The notes beneath the pieces were generated by a model. It ran no database searches and was not told the DNA's origin. It worked only from the letters and a program-made list of their open reading frames with translations. A stretch of 63,682 nucleotides of DNA, the filler included, from Octopus bimaculoides (lineage: Eukaryota), in the NCBI RefSeq assembly GCF_001194135.2. It is 5 parts of 5 records of this genome, joined end to end, with 100 filler letters (N's around TTAATTAATTAA, not from the genome) between each part and the next. Parts side by side here need not be neighbours in the genome. Positions count along the whole stretch, not along the records: positions 61,490 to 63,682 come from NC_068982.1; 4 more parts are not named here. One strand, written 5' to 3'. Of the stretch, positions 63,446-63,682 are shown in pieces; the first letter of the stretch is position 1; every line of letters starts with the position of its first letter. The translations under genes and the position numbers were made by a program.

Positions 63446-63682
63446 AAAAGTCATAACTGAAGACAGCCGCAGAAAGAAGAGAGGCCTCAGTATGGCCTGG
63501 GTGGACTACCAAAAGGCTTTCGACAGTGTTCCCCACACGTGGATTCTGGAAACACTAGCCATAAACAAGGTGGCACCAATTATCATAAAATACATAGAGC
63601 ACTCAATGAACAAATGGCAGACAGTGCTACAGCTCCAAACAAAAGAGGGACTTGTGAAAACGAAAGCCATCCCCATTAGAAG
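63446..63682 (+). mobile_element. Second R4/Dong element (RT region, open frame to the window end)
   Basis: KVITEDSRRKKRGLSMAWVDYQKAFDSVPHTWILETL..IPIR; starts immediately after (AAT)n. Confidence 0.92.

Overview
Repeat-saturated eukaryotic genomic DNA: AT-rich, many microsatellites and N-gaps. The SINE and LINE families resemble those I know from octopod cephalopods (inference, not a database match). Most ORFs in the supplied track are microsatellite noise or decayed transposon fragments: mariner/maT, hAT, Penelope-like (PLE), CR1, RTE, Tx1/L1 and R4/Dong. One probable host gene on + is supported by three phase-compatible exons (49268-49346, an 18-nt microexon 55461-55478, and 55633-55775); I could not identify the protein. 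The most striking unannotated structure is a set of type I hammerhead ribozyme motifs in at least five unrelated short non-coding repeats, mostly (TA)n-associated. Near-intact motifs lie at 35057-35154(+), 36979-37015(-), 56837-56899(-) and 58463-58525(+); degenerate ones at 35343-35419, 54860-54896 and 61340-61379. One carrier forms a circularly permuted partial tandem typical of PLE pLTR/retrozyme-like elements, and a second may do so across a gap. R4/Dong and Tx1 elements sit repeatedly in TAA/ATT microsatellites.
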